From positions 4,960,001 to 5,024,000 of the forward strand of contig OZ231126.1 of the NCBI GenBank assembly GCA_965153355.1: a DNA stretch of 64,000 bases. Reading direction: 5' to 3'. Positions 12,645 through 24,164 of this stretch are shown in pieces. Under the pieces are notes generated by a model. The model saw only the letters and a program-made list of their open reading frames with translations, was not told where the DNA came from and searched no databases. The first letter of the stretch is position 1. Each line of letters opens with the position of its first letter. Source of the DNA: Flaccisagitta enflata (lineage: Eukaryota). A program made the translations under genes and the position numbers.

Positions 12645-12840
12645 AGTCATTTATATACAGGCTCTTATTCATTCTGAGATTTACAGGCGATGATTAACAA
12701 GAGCAGCTTGATAAATTGAACAGAAATTTGAGTGCTCAATTGCGCATTTTTCAATTGGGAACTAACAAAATCATCGGGAAACCCGTTTTCAAAACATTTA
12801 AGCCAGGATTTCAACTTCAGGCTTGAGTCAGGTGATTCAG
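12645..12840 (-). promoter_or_regulatory. Putative proximal promoter: TATA-like box, kB-like site, AP-1 sites
   Basis: TATATAAA on the minus strand at ~12650-12657. CGGGAAACCCG at 12775-12785. TGAGTCA at 12824-12830 and TGATTCA at 12833-12839. Motif matches only. Confidence 0.3.
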
Positions 12841-13620
12841 CCGTGGAGCCACTCTGTTTTCTTAGGTGAGTGTGACCTAACCTTTCAATTCAATTCAATT
12901 CAAACAGTTTATTTCCCCAAGAAATGGACATTGGTTATAAAGATGCGAATAAATTATTAAGGGGGAGGACCGTGCTTAGGCCCTTTACGTCTGCTACAGT
13001 ACGGATTGATTCTTTTTTGTTCCTTTGCTTACGACAGGCCTGCTCTTGTTGGCCCTCTTATTTTAGTTGTTCAGTTAAAATAAATAAGCTTTAAACTACA
13101 AATCATTAACAAGAGAAAAAAGTAACAAAAACTAAAATAAATACTAGATGAGTATCACTTATGGTCTAATTTCAACTTATTTCTAGTCACGGACACGCGA
13201 CCCTATATCTTGCTGCGTCGGTACGTCGGTCCATCAGTTGGTCAGTTGGTGTGTCCAGTGTAGGGGGGAAAACGTTCAGGGACATCCAGGTCAACTTCAA
13301 GTCCGACAGCAACTACAAACCCGCCAAATAATCTGTGTTTTTTACCTTTAACTGAACTTATAATGTATGTCTTTATCCCTTACAGAACATAACCTACTTT
13401 TCTTCTTTTCTCATTTTCTTTTTCTCTCTCTCTTTTCTCTCCCATTCCTTCTTTTCCATTTTTACTGGATTCTCATCCGTAAATGTCCTAGATGTCCCTT
13501 ATCCTTTACCAATGGCCGTCTGTCTAGCCGTCCCTCTGTCAGAAACATTATTGATGTAACCTTTTGGGCTGCGGCCCTGATGGAGCTGATGACCTTTGCT
13601 TTCACACAAGTTCTCCACCT

Positions 13621-13792
<172 letters not shown>

Positions 13793-13874
13793 CCTAGATT
13801 GGTCACCTTTGAAAGGGTTTAGACAAATCTTTAAAATATATTGCAAAGTTGAGATCGTTTAATTTGATGGGTTT

Positions 13875-13991
13875 GTAACGACACAGACTTTCGCCCCAGG
13901 CTACGTTGCTCTTGGTCGATGGAAAGTGGCCAAAAGTCTGTTCCCCATCAACCAAGAGTGACGCAGCCTGGGGCAAAAGTCATTGTTGTCA
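13875..13991. repeat. Near-perfect inverted repeat / hairpin (tiny MITE or structured RNA)
   Basis: GACTTTCGCCCCAGGCTACGTTGCTCTTGGTCGATGG pairs with CCATCAACCAAGAGTGACGCAGCCTGGGGCAAAAGTC across a ~22-nt loop. Confidence 0.75.
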
Positions 13992-15059
13992 CAGGTTAAA
14001 TGTATTGATTAGAGAATCTATCCAAGACGATATTGCAACCTCGTATTATTTGTATTCATTGCACTTGAACGAAATTCTCTGTCGGGCTCTCAAAACAAAA
14101 AATCAATTTGTCTGATGGATAGATCGCTATATACTGAGCTTTCTCATTAAATGAAGTTTTCTCTCTGTAGTGAGATTCTCTATCCAATAGATTTACCACA
14201 TAGACAAAAACAGTCTCTACTCAAAACAAAACCTCACATTGCAGTAGTTATCACACACCCCAAATTCGAAGCAGTCAATCGCCTTAACATCCCCAAGTAC
14301 CCTAAGCAGCCCAATAACTACCTCGTTGTCCAAAATCCAAAAATACGCCAAATCATGAATTGAGTGATCAAAGAATGAGTCAGTTTCAAATAAATCTATT
14401 CTACATTAAAAACATCTACAAGTACGTGCACAGTCTCATCTCAATCATCAAAGTACAGTGCAACGCTCTGAGATTCACAATATACGTAATCAATTGAAAA
14501 AAAAATAACTTATTTCTGTTCAAAAAATTGGAAATTGAGTAAACGGACTCATGGTATGGGAGAATGAGAGAAAGGACATTGTTCCATAAACTTGGATTGT
14601 TCAGCATTTATAAGTATATGATAACATCTCATGATATGGTTAAAAAAAGGACTCTGGGAATTCAAGGCTGGAATATGATGAGTGATCTAGTCATGGGTGG
14701 AATATGATGAGTGATCTAGTCATGGGTGAGACAATAAGTAAAGAATTGAAAACATGAAACATGAAAGAACAGTGTTGAGTCTCTCTCTCTCTCTCCTGCT
14801 CTCTTGTACATTGGGTTTCGCCCCTTCCACTTGATGAAGAAGCTAGGCCTGTTGGCAAATATTTGTAATCATTCATCATCCTGAAGGCCAAGCGAGCTAT
14901 CTGTAGGCCAACCACGCACCTGCACCTCTGGCGGCCAGAACAGGAAAGCTGTTATGACAACCTCTCCATCAGGCGACCATCAACGCCACGCACGGGTGTC
15001 TGGCAATCGCCTGCAGAGCCAACCTATCAACCCTCCAACTTCACCATCTTACACCTCTT

Positions 15060-18000
15060 GCCTTTAGCCTCTAACTCAGTGCCAACCCGGCTTACCTCTT
15101 CATTGATGGCCTATTCTGAAACCATCAACCCCATTCTACGGCCTCTGCCATTTAGCTCTCACTCACTGCCAACCCGGCTACCCTCTTCTTTGACCTGTTC
15201 TTCACCCTCAATCCCATCCTGTGGCCTTCTCTTTTAAACTCACTCACTGCCAACCCGGCTACCCTCTTCTTTGACCTGTTCTTCACCCTCAATCCCATCC
15301 TGCGGCCTTCTCTTTTAAACTCACTCACTGCCAACCCGGCTACCCTCTTCTTTGACCTCTTCTTCACCCTCAATCCCATCCTGTGGCCTTCTCTTTTAAA
15401 CTCACTCACTGCCAGCCGGTCTACCCTCTTCTTTGACCTCTTCTTCACCCTCAGTCCCATCATAGCTATATCTCTGCTGTGTTGCTACCCTCTTCTTTGA
15501 CCTCTTCTTCACCCTCAATCCCATCCTGTGGCCTTCTCTTTTAAACTCACTCACTGCCAGCCAGCTCTCTCTTCTTTGACCTGTTCATGCCCTCAGTCCC
15601 GTCCTGTGGCCTTCCTCTTAAACTCACTGCATGTGACCAGGCTAACCTCTTCTTTGACCTGTTCTTCACCCTCAATCCCATCCTGCGGCCTTCTCTTTTA
15701 AACTCACTCACTGCCAACCCGGCTACCCTCTTCTTTGACCTCTTCTTCACCCTCAATCCCATCCTGTGGCCTATATCATAAACTCACTCACTGCCAACCC
15801 AGCTTGCCTCTTCTTTGTCATCTTCTTCACCCTCAATCCCATCTCTGACCTTCTCTTTTAAACTCACTCACCAACCCGGCTACCCTCTTCTTTGATCTTA
15901 TTATATCAATCCCGTCATGAAAAGCCTTATCTTTCAAACTCTTTCATGTAACCATTCTACTCTTCTTGACCTGTTCTTCACCCTCAATCCCATCCTGTGG
16001 CCTTCTCTTTTAAACTCACTCACTGCCAACCAGCTACCATATTGCTGGCCTCTTCTTCACCCTCAATCCCGTCGCGGCCTTCTCTTTTAAACTCGCTCAC
16101 TGCAACCATTTACCTCTTCTTCTGACCTCTTCTTCACCCTCAATCCCATCCTGCAGCCTTCTCTTAAACTTCTGGCTGCTCTGACCAAATACTGTTTGTT
16201 ATCTTCTTCACCCTCAATCCCATCCTGCGGCCTTCTCTTTAAACTCTCTGCCAACCCAGCTACCCTCTTCTTTGACCTCTGCTGCACCCTCAATCCCATC
16301 CTGCGGCCTTCTCTACTAAACTCACTCACTGCCAACCCGGCTACCCTCTTCTTTGACCTCTTCTTCACCCTCAATCCCATCCTGCGGCCTTCTCTTTTAA
16401 ACTCACTCACTGCCAACCCGGCTACCCTCTTCTTTGACCTCTTCTTCACCCTCAATCCCATCCTGCGGCCTTCTCTTTTAAACTCACTCACTGCCAACCA
16501 GGCTACCCTCTTCTATGGCCTGTTCTTCACCTCAATCCCATCCTGTGGCCTTCTCTTTTAAGCTGCTCACCTCCAACAATACCCTGTTCTTGACCTGTTG
16601 TTGCCTCAATCTAGTCTGTGGCACTTTTCTGACTCTTTCCTTTCCTCCAACCCGAGTTTGCCCTCTTCTTGACCTGTTCTTCACCTCAATCACGTCCCTG
16701 TGGCCTTTTTTTAAACTCACTCACTGCCAACCTGGCTACCTCTTCTTGTCCTGCTCTTCCCCTCAATCCCATCTGTGGCCTTTTTAAACTCACTCACTGC
16801 CAACCATTCCACTCTTTGACTATTCTTCACCCTCAATCCCATCCTGTGGCCTTCTCTTTTAAACTCACTCACTGCCAACCCGGCTACCCTCTTCTTTGAC
16901 CTGTGCTTCACCCTCAATCCCATCATGTGACCTGCTCTTTTAAACTCACTCACTGCCAACACGAGCTACCCTCTTCTTTGACCTCTTCTTCACCCTCAAT
17001 CCCATCCTGTGGCCTTCTCTTTTAAACTCACTCATGCTAACCGGCTACCCTCTTGACCTGTTCTTCTTTCAATCCCATCCTGTGGCCTTCTCTCTTTTTA
17101 ACTACCTCACTGCCAACCCGGCAAACCTCAAAGGCGATTCTCGTTGGTCTGTTCTTCCACCCTCGAATCCCACATCCTGTGGCCTTCTCTTTTAAACTCA
17201 CTCACTGCCAGCAGCTACCCTCTTCTTGACCTGTTCTTCACCTCGATCCCACATCCTGTGGCCTTCTGTAGAAAACTCACTCCTCTGCTTGGCTACCTCT
17301 TCATGACCTGTTCTTCACCCTCAATCCCATCCTGTGGCCTTATACATAGACTCTTCATGCCCGACCTGGCTGCCTATTCTTTGACCTGTTCTTCACCCTC
17401 AATCCCATCCTGTGGCCTCCTCTTTTAAACTCACTCACTGCTAACCCGGCTACCCTCTTCTTTGGCCTGTTCTTCACCCTCAATCCCATCCTGTGGCCTC
17501 CTCTTTTAAACTCACTCACTGCCAACCCGGCTACCCTCTTCTTTGGCCTGTTCTTCACCCTCAATCCCATCCTGTGGCCTCCTCTTTTAAACTCACTCAC
17601 TGCCAACCCGGCTTCCCTCTTCTTTGGCCTGTTCTTCACCCTCAATCCCATCCTGTGGCCTTCTCTTTTAAACTCACTCACTGCCAACCCGGCTTACTCT
17701 CTTCTTTGGCCTGTTCTTCACCCTCAATCCCATCCTGTGGCCTTCTCTTTTAAACTCACTCACTGCCAACCCGGCTACTCTCTTCTTTGGCCTGTTCTTC
17801 ACTCTCAATCCCATCCTGTGGCCTTCTCTTTTAAACTCACTCACTGCCAACCCGGCTACCCTCTTCTTTGACCTGTTCTTCACCCTCAATCCCCTCCTGC
17901 AGCGCTTCTGTAAACTCCACTCACTGCTGTGTCTCTCTTCTTTGTTTTATTCTTCTGCCTCAATCCCATCCTGTAGCCTCTTTTAAACCTCACTGCCAAC

Positions 18001-21000
18001 CCGGCTACTCTCTTGTTTGGCCTGTTCTTCACTCTCAATCCCATCATGTGGCCTTCTCTTTTAAACTCACTCACCAACCCGGCTGCTCTTCTTAACCTGT
18101 TATTTACCCTCAATCCCCATCCTGTGGGCTTCTCTTTTAAACTCACTCACTGCCAACCCGGCTACCCTCTTCTTTGGCCTGTTAACTACCCTCAATCACA
18201 TCCTGTGGCCTTCTCACTGACACTCACTCACTGCCAACCTGGCTACCCTCTTCTTTGGCCCTGTTCTTCACCCTCAATCACATCCTGTGGCCTTCTCATT
18301 TAAACTCACTCACAGCAAACCCGGCTACTCTCTTCTTTGACCTGTTCTTTACCCTCAATCCCATCCTGTGGCCTTCTCTTTTAAACTCACTCACTGCCAG
18401 CCAGCCTCCTCTCTTCTTTGGCCTCATTCTTACCCTCAATCCCATCTGTGGCCTTCTCTTTTAAACTCACTCACTGCCAACCAGCTACCTCTCTTCTTTG
18501 GCCTGTTCTTCACTCTCAACCCATCCTGTGGCTACTCTTTAAACTCACTCCACTGCCAACCATTACCTTCTTTGGCCTGATCTTTACCTCAATCATCCTG
18601 TGGCCTTCTCTTAAAACTCTGTCACTGCCCAGCTACCCTCTTCTTTGACCTGTTCTTCACCCTCAATCCCATCCTGTGGCCTTCTCTTTTAAACTCAATC
18701 ACTGCCAACCCGGCTACCCTCTTCTTTGACCTCTTCTTCACCCTCAATCCCATCCTGCGGCCTTCTCTTTTAAACTCACTCACTGCCAACCCGGCTACCC
18801 TCTTCTTTGGCCTGTTCTTCACCCTCAATCCCATCCTGTGGCCTTCTCTTTTAAACTCACTCACTGCCAACCCGGCTACTCTCTTGTTTGGCCTGTTCTT
18901 CACCCTCAATCCCATCCTGTGGCCTTCTCTTTTAAACTCACTCACTGCCAACCCGGCTACTCTCTTCTTTGGCCTGTTCTTCACTCTCAATCCCATCCTG
19001 TGGCCTTCTCTTTTAAACTCACTCACTGCCAACCCGGCTACTCTCTTGTTTGGCCTGTTCTTCACTCTCAATCCCATCCTGTGGCCTTCTCTTTTAAACT
19101 CACTCACTGCCAACCCGGCTACTCTCTTCTTTGGCCTGTTCTTCACCCTCAATCCCATCCTGTGGCCTTCTCTTTTAAACTCACTCACTGCCAACCCGGC
19201 TACTCTCTTGTTTGGCCTGTTCTTCACTCTCAATCCCATCCTGTGGCCTTCTCTTTTAAACTCACTCACTGCCAACCCGGCTACTCTCTTCTTTGGCCTG
19301 TTCTTCACTCTCAATCCCATCCTGTGGCCTTCTCTTTTAAACTCACTCACTGCCAACCCGGCTACTCTCTTCTTTGGCCTGTTCTTCACCCTCAATCCCA
19401 TCCTGTGGCCTTCTCTTTTAAACTCACTCACTGCCAACCCGGCTACCCTCTTCTTTGGCCTGTTCTTCACCCTCAATCCCATCCTGTGGCCTTCTCTTTT
19501 AAACTCACTCACTGAACCCGACTACTCTCTTCTTTGGCCTGTTCTTCACTCTCAATCACATCCTGTGGCCTTATAACTTAAACTCACTCACTGCCAACCC
19601 GGCTACACTCTTGTTTGGCCTGTTCTTCACCCTCAATCCCCTCCTGTGGCCTTCTCTTTTCAACTCTCTCACTGCCTACCCTGCTACCCTCTTCTTTGGC
19701 CTGTTCTTTACCCTCATCTTATCGTGGCACCTCTTTTAAACTCACTCACTGTTCGGCTAACCTCTTCTTTGACCTGTTCTTCACCCTCAATCCCATCCTG
19801 TGGCCTTCTCTTTTAAACTCACTCACTGCCAACCCGGCTACCCTCTTCTTTGGCCTGTTCTTCACCCTCAATCCCATCCTGTGGCCTTCTCTTTTAAACT
19901 CACTCACTGCCAACCCGGCTACTCTCTTCTTTGGCCTGTTCTTCACTCTCAATCCCATCCTGTGGCCTTCTCTTTTAAACTCACTCACTGCCAACCCGGC
20001 TACCCTCTTCTTTGACCTGTTCTTCACCCTCAATCCCATCCTGTGGCCTTCTCTTTTAAACTCACTCACTGCCAACCCGGCTACCCTCTTCTTTGACCTG
20101 TTCTTTACCCTCAATCCCATCCTGTGGCCTTCTCTTTTAAACTCACTCACTGCCAACCCGGCTACTCTCTTCTTTGGCCTGTTCTTCACTCTCAATCCCA
20201 TCCTGTGGCCTTCTCTTTTAAACTCACTCACTGCCAACCCGGCTACTCTCTTCTTTGGCCTGTTCTTCACCCTCAATCCCATCCTGTGGCCTTCTCTTTT
20301 AAACTCACTCACTGCCAACCCGGCTACTCTCTTCTTTGGCCTGTTCTTCACTCTCAATCCCATCCTGTGGCCTTCTCTTTTAAACTCACTCACTGCCAAC
20401 CCGGCTTACCTCTTCTTTGGCCTGTTCTTTACCCTCAATCCCATCCTGTGGCCTTCTCTTTTAAACTCAATCACTGCCAACCCGGCTACCCTCTTCTTTG
20501 GCCTGTTCTTCACCCTCAATCCCATCCTGTGGCCTTCTCTTTTAAACTCACTCACTGCCAACCCGGCTACTCTCTTCTTTGGCCTGTTCTTTACCCTCAA
20601 TCCCATCCTGTGGCCTTCTCTTTTAAACTCACTCACTGCCAACCCGGCTACTCTCTTCTTTGGCCTGTTCTTCACCCTCAATCCCATCCTGTGGCCTTCT
20701 CTTTTAAACTCACTCACTGCCAACCCGGCTACTCTCTTCTTTGGCCTGTTCTTCACTCTCAATCCCATCCTGTGGCCTTCTCTTTTAAACTCACTCACTG
20801 CCAACCCGGCTACTCTCTTCTTTGGCCTGTTCTTCACTCTCAATCCCATCCTGTGGCCTTCTCTTTTAAACTCACTCACTGCCAACCCGGCTACTCTCTT
20901 CTTTGGCCTGTTCTTCACCCTCAATCCCATCCTGTGGCCTTCTCTTTTAAACTCACTCACTGCCAACCCGGCTACCCTCTTCTTTGGCCTGTTCTTCACT

Positions 21001-22870
21001 CTCAATCCCATCCTGTGGCCTTCTCTTTTAAACTCACTCACTGCCAACCCGGCTACCCTCTTCTTTGACCTGTTCTTCACCCTCAATCCCATCCTGTGGC
21101 CTTCTCTTTTAAACTCACTCACTGCCAACCCGGCTACCCTCTTCTTTGACCTGTTCTTCACTCTCAATCCCATCCTGTGGCCTTCTCTTTTAAACTCACT
21201 CACTGCCAACCCGGCTACCCTCTTCTTTGACCTGTTCTTCACCCTCAATCCCATCCTGTGGCCTTCTCTTTTAAACTCACTCACTGCCAACCCGGCTACT
21301 CTCTTCTTTGGCCTGTTCTTCACCCTCAATCCCATCCTGTGGCCTTCTCTTTTAAACTCACTCACTGCCAACCCGGCTTACCTCTTCTTTGGCCTGTTCT
21401 TTACCCTCAATCCCATCCTGTGGCCTTCTCTTTTAAACTCAATCACTGCCAACCCGGCTACCCTCTTCTTTGACCTGTTCTTCACCCTCAATCCCATCCT
21501 GTGGCCTTCTCTTTTAAACTCACTCACTGCCAACCCGGCTACTCTCTTCTTTGACCTGTTCTTCACCCTCAATCCCATCCTGTGGCCTTCTCTTTTAAAC
21601 TCACTCACTGCCAACCCGGCTACCCTCTTCTTTGACCTGTTCTTCACCCTCAATCCCATCCTGTGGCCTTCTCTTTTAAACTCACTCACTGCCAACCCGG
21701 CTACCCTCTTCTTTGACCTGTTCTTCACCCTCAATCCCATCCTGTGGCCTTCTCTTTTAAACTCACTCACTGCCAACCCGGCTACCCTCTTCTTTGGCCT
21801 GTTCTTCACTCTCAATCCCATCCTGTGGCCTTCTCTTTTAAACTCACTCACTGCCAACCCGGCTACTCTCTTCTTTGGCCTGTTCTTCACTCTCAATCCC
21901 ATCCTGTGGCCTTCTCTTTTAAACTCACTCACTGCCAACCCGGCTACTCTCTTCTTTGACCTGTTCTTTACCCTCAATCCCATCCTGTGGCCTTCTCTTT
22001 TAAACTCACTTTAAGCTCTTAACCAGCTACTCTCTTGTTGGCCTGTTCCTCTCAATCCCATCATGTGGCCTTCTCTTTGCAAAACTCACTCTTTTCTGCT
22101 TGGCCTCTTCTCTTGTGCTGTTCTTCCTCTCAATCATCATACAGCCTCTCTTGCAACTAAACTTTCATGCAGACCAGGCTACTCTCTTGTTTGGCCTGTT
22201 CTTCACTCTCAATCCCATCCTGTGGCCTTCTCTTTTAAACTCACTCACTGCCAACCCGGCTACTCTCTTCTTTGGCCTGTTCTTCACTCTCAATCCCATC
22301 CTGTGGCCTTCTCTTTTAAACTCACTCACTGCCAACCCGGCTACTCTCTTCTTTGGCCTGTTCTTCAATCTGATCTGAGTCCTGTGGCCTTCTCTTCAGC
22401 TCCTTTCCTGCCAACCGGCTATATTCTTTGTTGTTCTTCTTACTCACTTCCATCCTGTGGCCTTTTCTTTTAAACACACTCACTGCCAACCCGGCTACTC
22501 TCTTCTTTGACCTGTTCTTTACCCTCAATCCCATCCTGTGGCCTTCTCTTTTAAACTCACTCACTGCCAACCCGGCAAACTTCAAAGGCGATTCTCGTTG
22601 GTTTATTCTCAAACTTGACCCCATCTAACGGCACCCAACCCTAAAACACCCTTAAACTACTATCAATCCGGCTCCCCTTAAAGGCGGCCCTCTTTGTTCT
22701 GTTCTTAAACTTGACCCCATCTTACAGCCTTACACTCTCACCTTACACTCTCACCTACTACCAACCCGGCTCCAAACAAAGGCGATCCTCTTTGGCGTGT
22801 TCTTCATCACTCAACCATACACCTACCGCCTTCATCCCTAAACCCTCACTTTTTGTGAACCCTGTACAAC
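15060..22870. repeat. 81-bp satellite array, about 92 monomers (core ~15157-22577, diverged edges)
   Basis: Monomer CCTGTGGCCTTCTCTTTTAAACTCACTCACTGCCAACCCGGCTACCCTCTTCTTTGACCTGTTCTTCACCCTCAATCCCAT repeated head to tail. Confidence 0.97.
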
Positions 22871-23104
22871 CCTCGAAGTCAATTTACATTGACTCTTTAT
22901 ATCTCCCAATCCCTTCAACTTCAACCTCGTAACTTGGGACTTAAGTCGCCATGACAACCACAAAATTTATCCACAGGCCCTTTGTGGTCGTTTCATTACT
23001 CCACCCCTTTTTGCCACAACCATCAACCTTGATGCGTCACTTGTCGCTAATGTGAAACCCCCTCAATCCTAGTTTACCAGCCTTTCCCTCATCCTCCATG
23101 TTGT

Positions 23105-23320
23105 AACAAGGCCGGATACACGGCTATCCCAGTCGCGTGCTAGTGGGCAGGGGCCATATTTGAGGTCACTTGATCACTTGGGCAGGATCAGTGAGGCCAA
23201 AGACCGCAAAAAAAAACGAAAAAAGTAAAGTGTGACGGACCGACGGACCGATGGATCGAAGGACCGACGGACGGACCAACGGACGGACGGACCAGCGGAC
23301 GGACAAAGCACGCAACTAAG
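23105..23320 (-). mobile_element. Helentron-type element family A-related copy
   Basis: AACAAGGCCGGATACACGGCTATCCCAGTCGCGTG end and GGAC microsatellite. Confidence 0.7.
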
Positions 23321-23884
23321 AATAGTAGCATCGTAACGGGGCAAAAAGGGCGCCAACCCCAATATGATTCTAGAATAACTATCTATCTTTGGTTGCCACA
23401 AGCATCGCCACCGTTTTAGGGCGTGTTTCTTGCGAAGACAAAAACGCGTTCATTCCTTCCAAATGCGCTTACAGCGTGAGCACATATTCAGAAATTTCAA
23501 ATTTTCCACAAGGAAGTGAACCATTTTCCCCTCTGGTGGTCTTCTTCATCCCACCCCCTTTACCTCAAAGCGTCACTCGGGGCTAACTTGGCGCCCACAG
23601 ATAGCCTCTCCTGTTGTCGTCTTTGTTTGTTTTCATAACATTTTCATTATTTTCATCTCTCTTCACAATTTCTTTTGTTTACCACATCATCTACTGTTTT
23701 CGTGCGGCGCCCGCAAAGTTCCAATATCCTCTGGTACACAGAAATACCTTGTCTGACCATGCTTACATCTACTAAACAATGCTTATATTCTAAAGATGAA
23801 ACATTGAGGGCTGAAGCCAAGATTTTCTTTGGTTCTGTTCAATTTTTCATCGATTAAACTTCCCTCGGATAAAATGTCTTTCCT

Positions 23885-24082
23885 TTTTAGTCACATGCAC
23901 GTGACTGTACACCCTGCTTTGTCTGTCGGTCGGTCAGTCGGCCTGTCGGTCACACTTTACTTTTTTTATGATTTTTTTTTTTTTGGACCTAACCGCTCCT
24001 GCCCAAATGGTCTAGTGACCTCAAACATGGCCCCTTCCCACCCGCACGCGACATTGGTAGCCGTGTTACCGGCCTTGTTTTT
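23885..24082 (+). mobile_element. Helentron-type element family A copy
   Basis: TTTTTAGTCACATGCACGTGACT head, GGTC microsatellite, CACGCGAC...CCGGCCTTGTTT tail. Confidence 0.7.
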
Positions 24083-24164
24083 AAAAATGGATTAAAGCCT
24101 ATGTCAACTCCTAATAATATTTTAGTCCCTGCCATAATCTTACCCTTTATAGCAGCTTATCTAG

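Noticed and set aside
14150-14650. Possible CR1/L2 LINE remnant
   Set aside because: Only a weak PSLWNN similarity; too degraded to support.
18622-22014. Long ORFs (200-799 aa) in the satellite as genes
   Set aside because: They follow from a stop-poor 81-bp monomer and are open on both strands. No unique N- or C-terminal coding sequence or splice support.
15060-22870. CRISPR array
   Set aside because: Head-to-tail repeats with no unique spacers, no cas genes, eukaryotic context.
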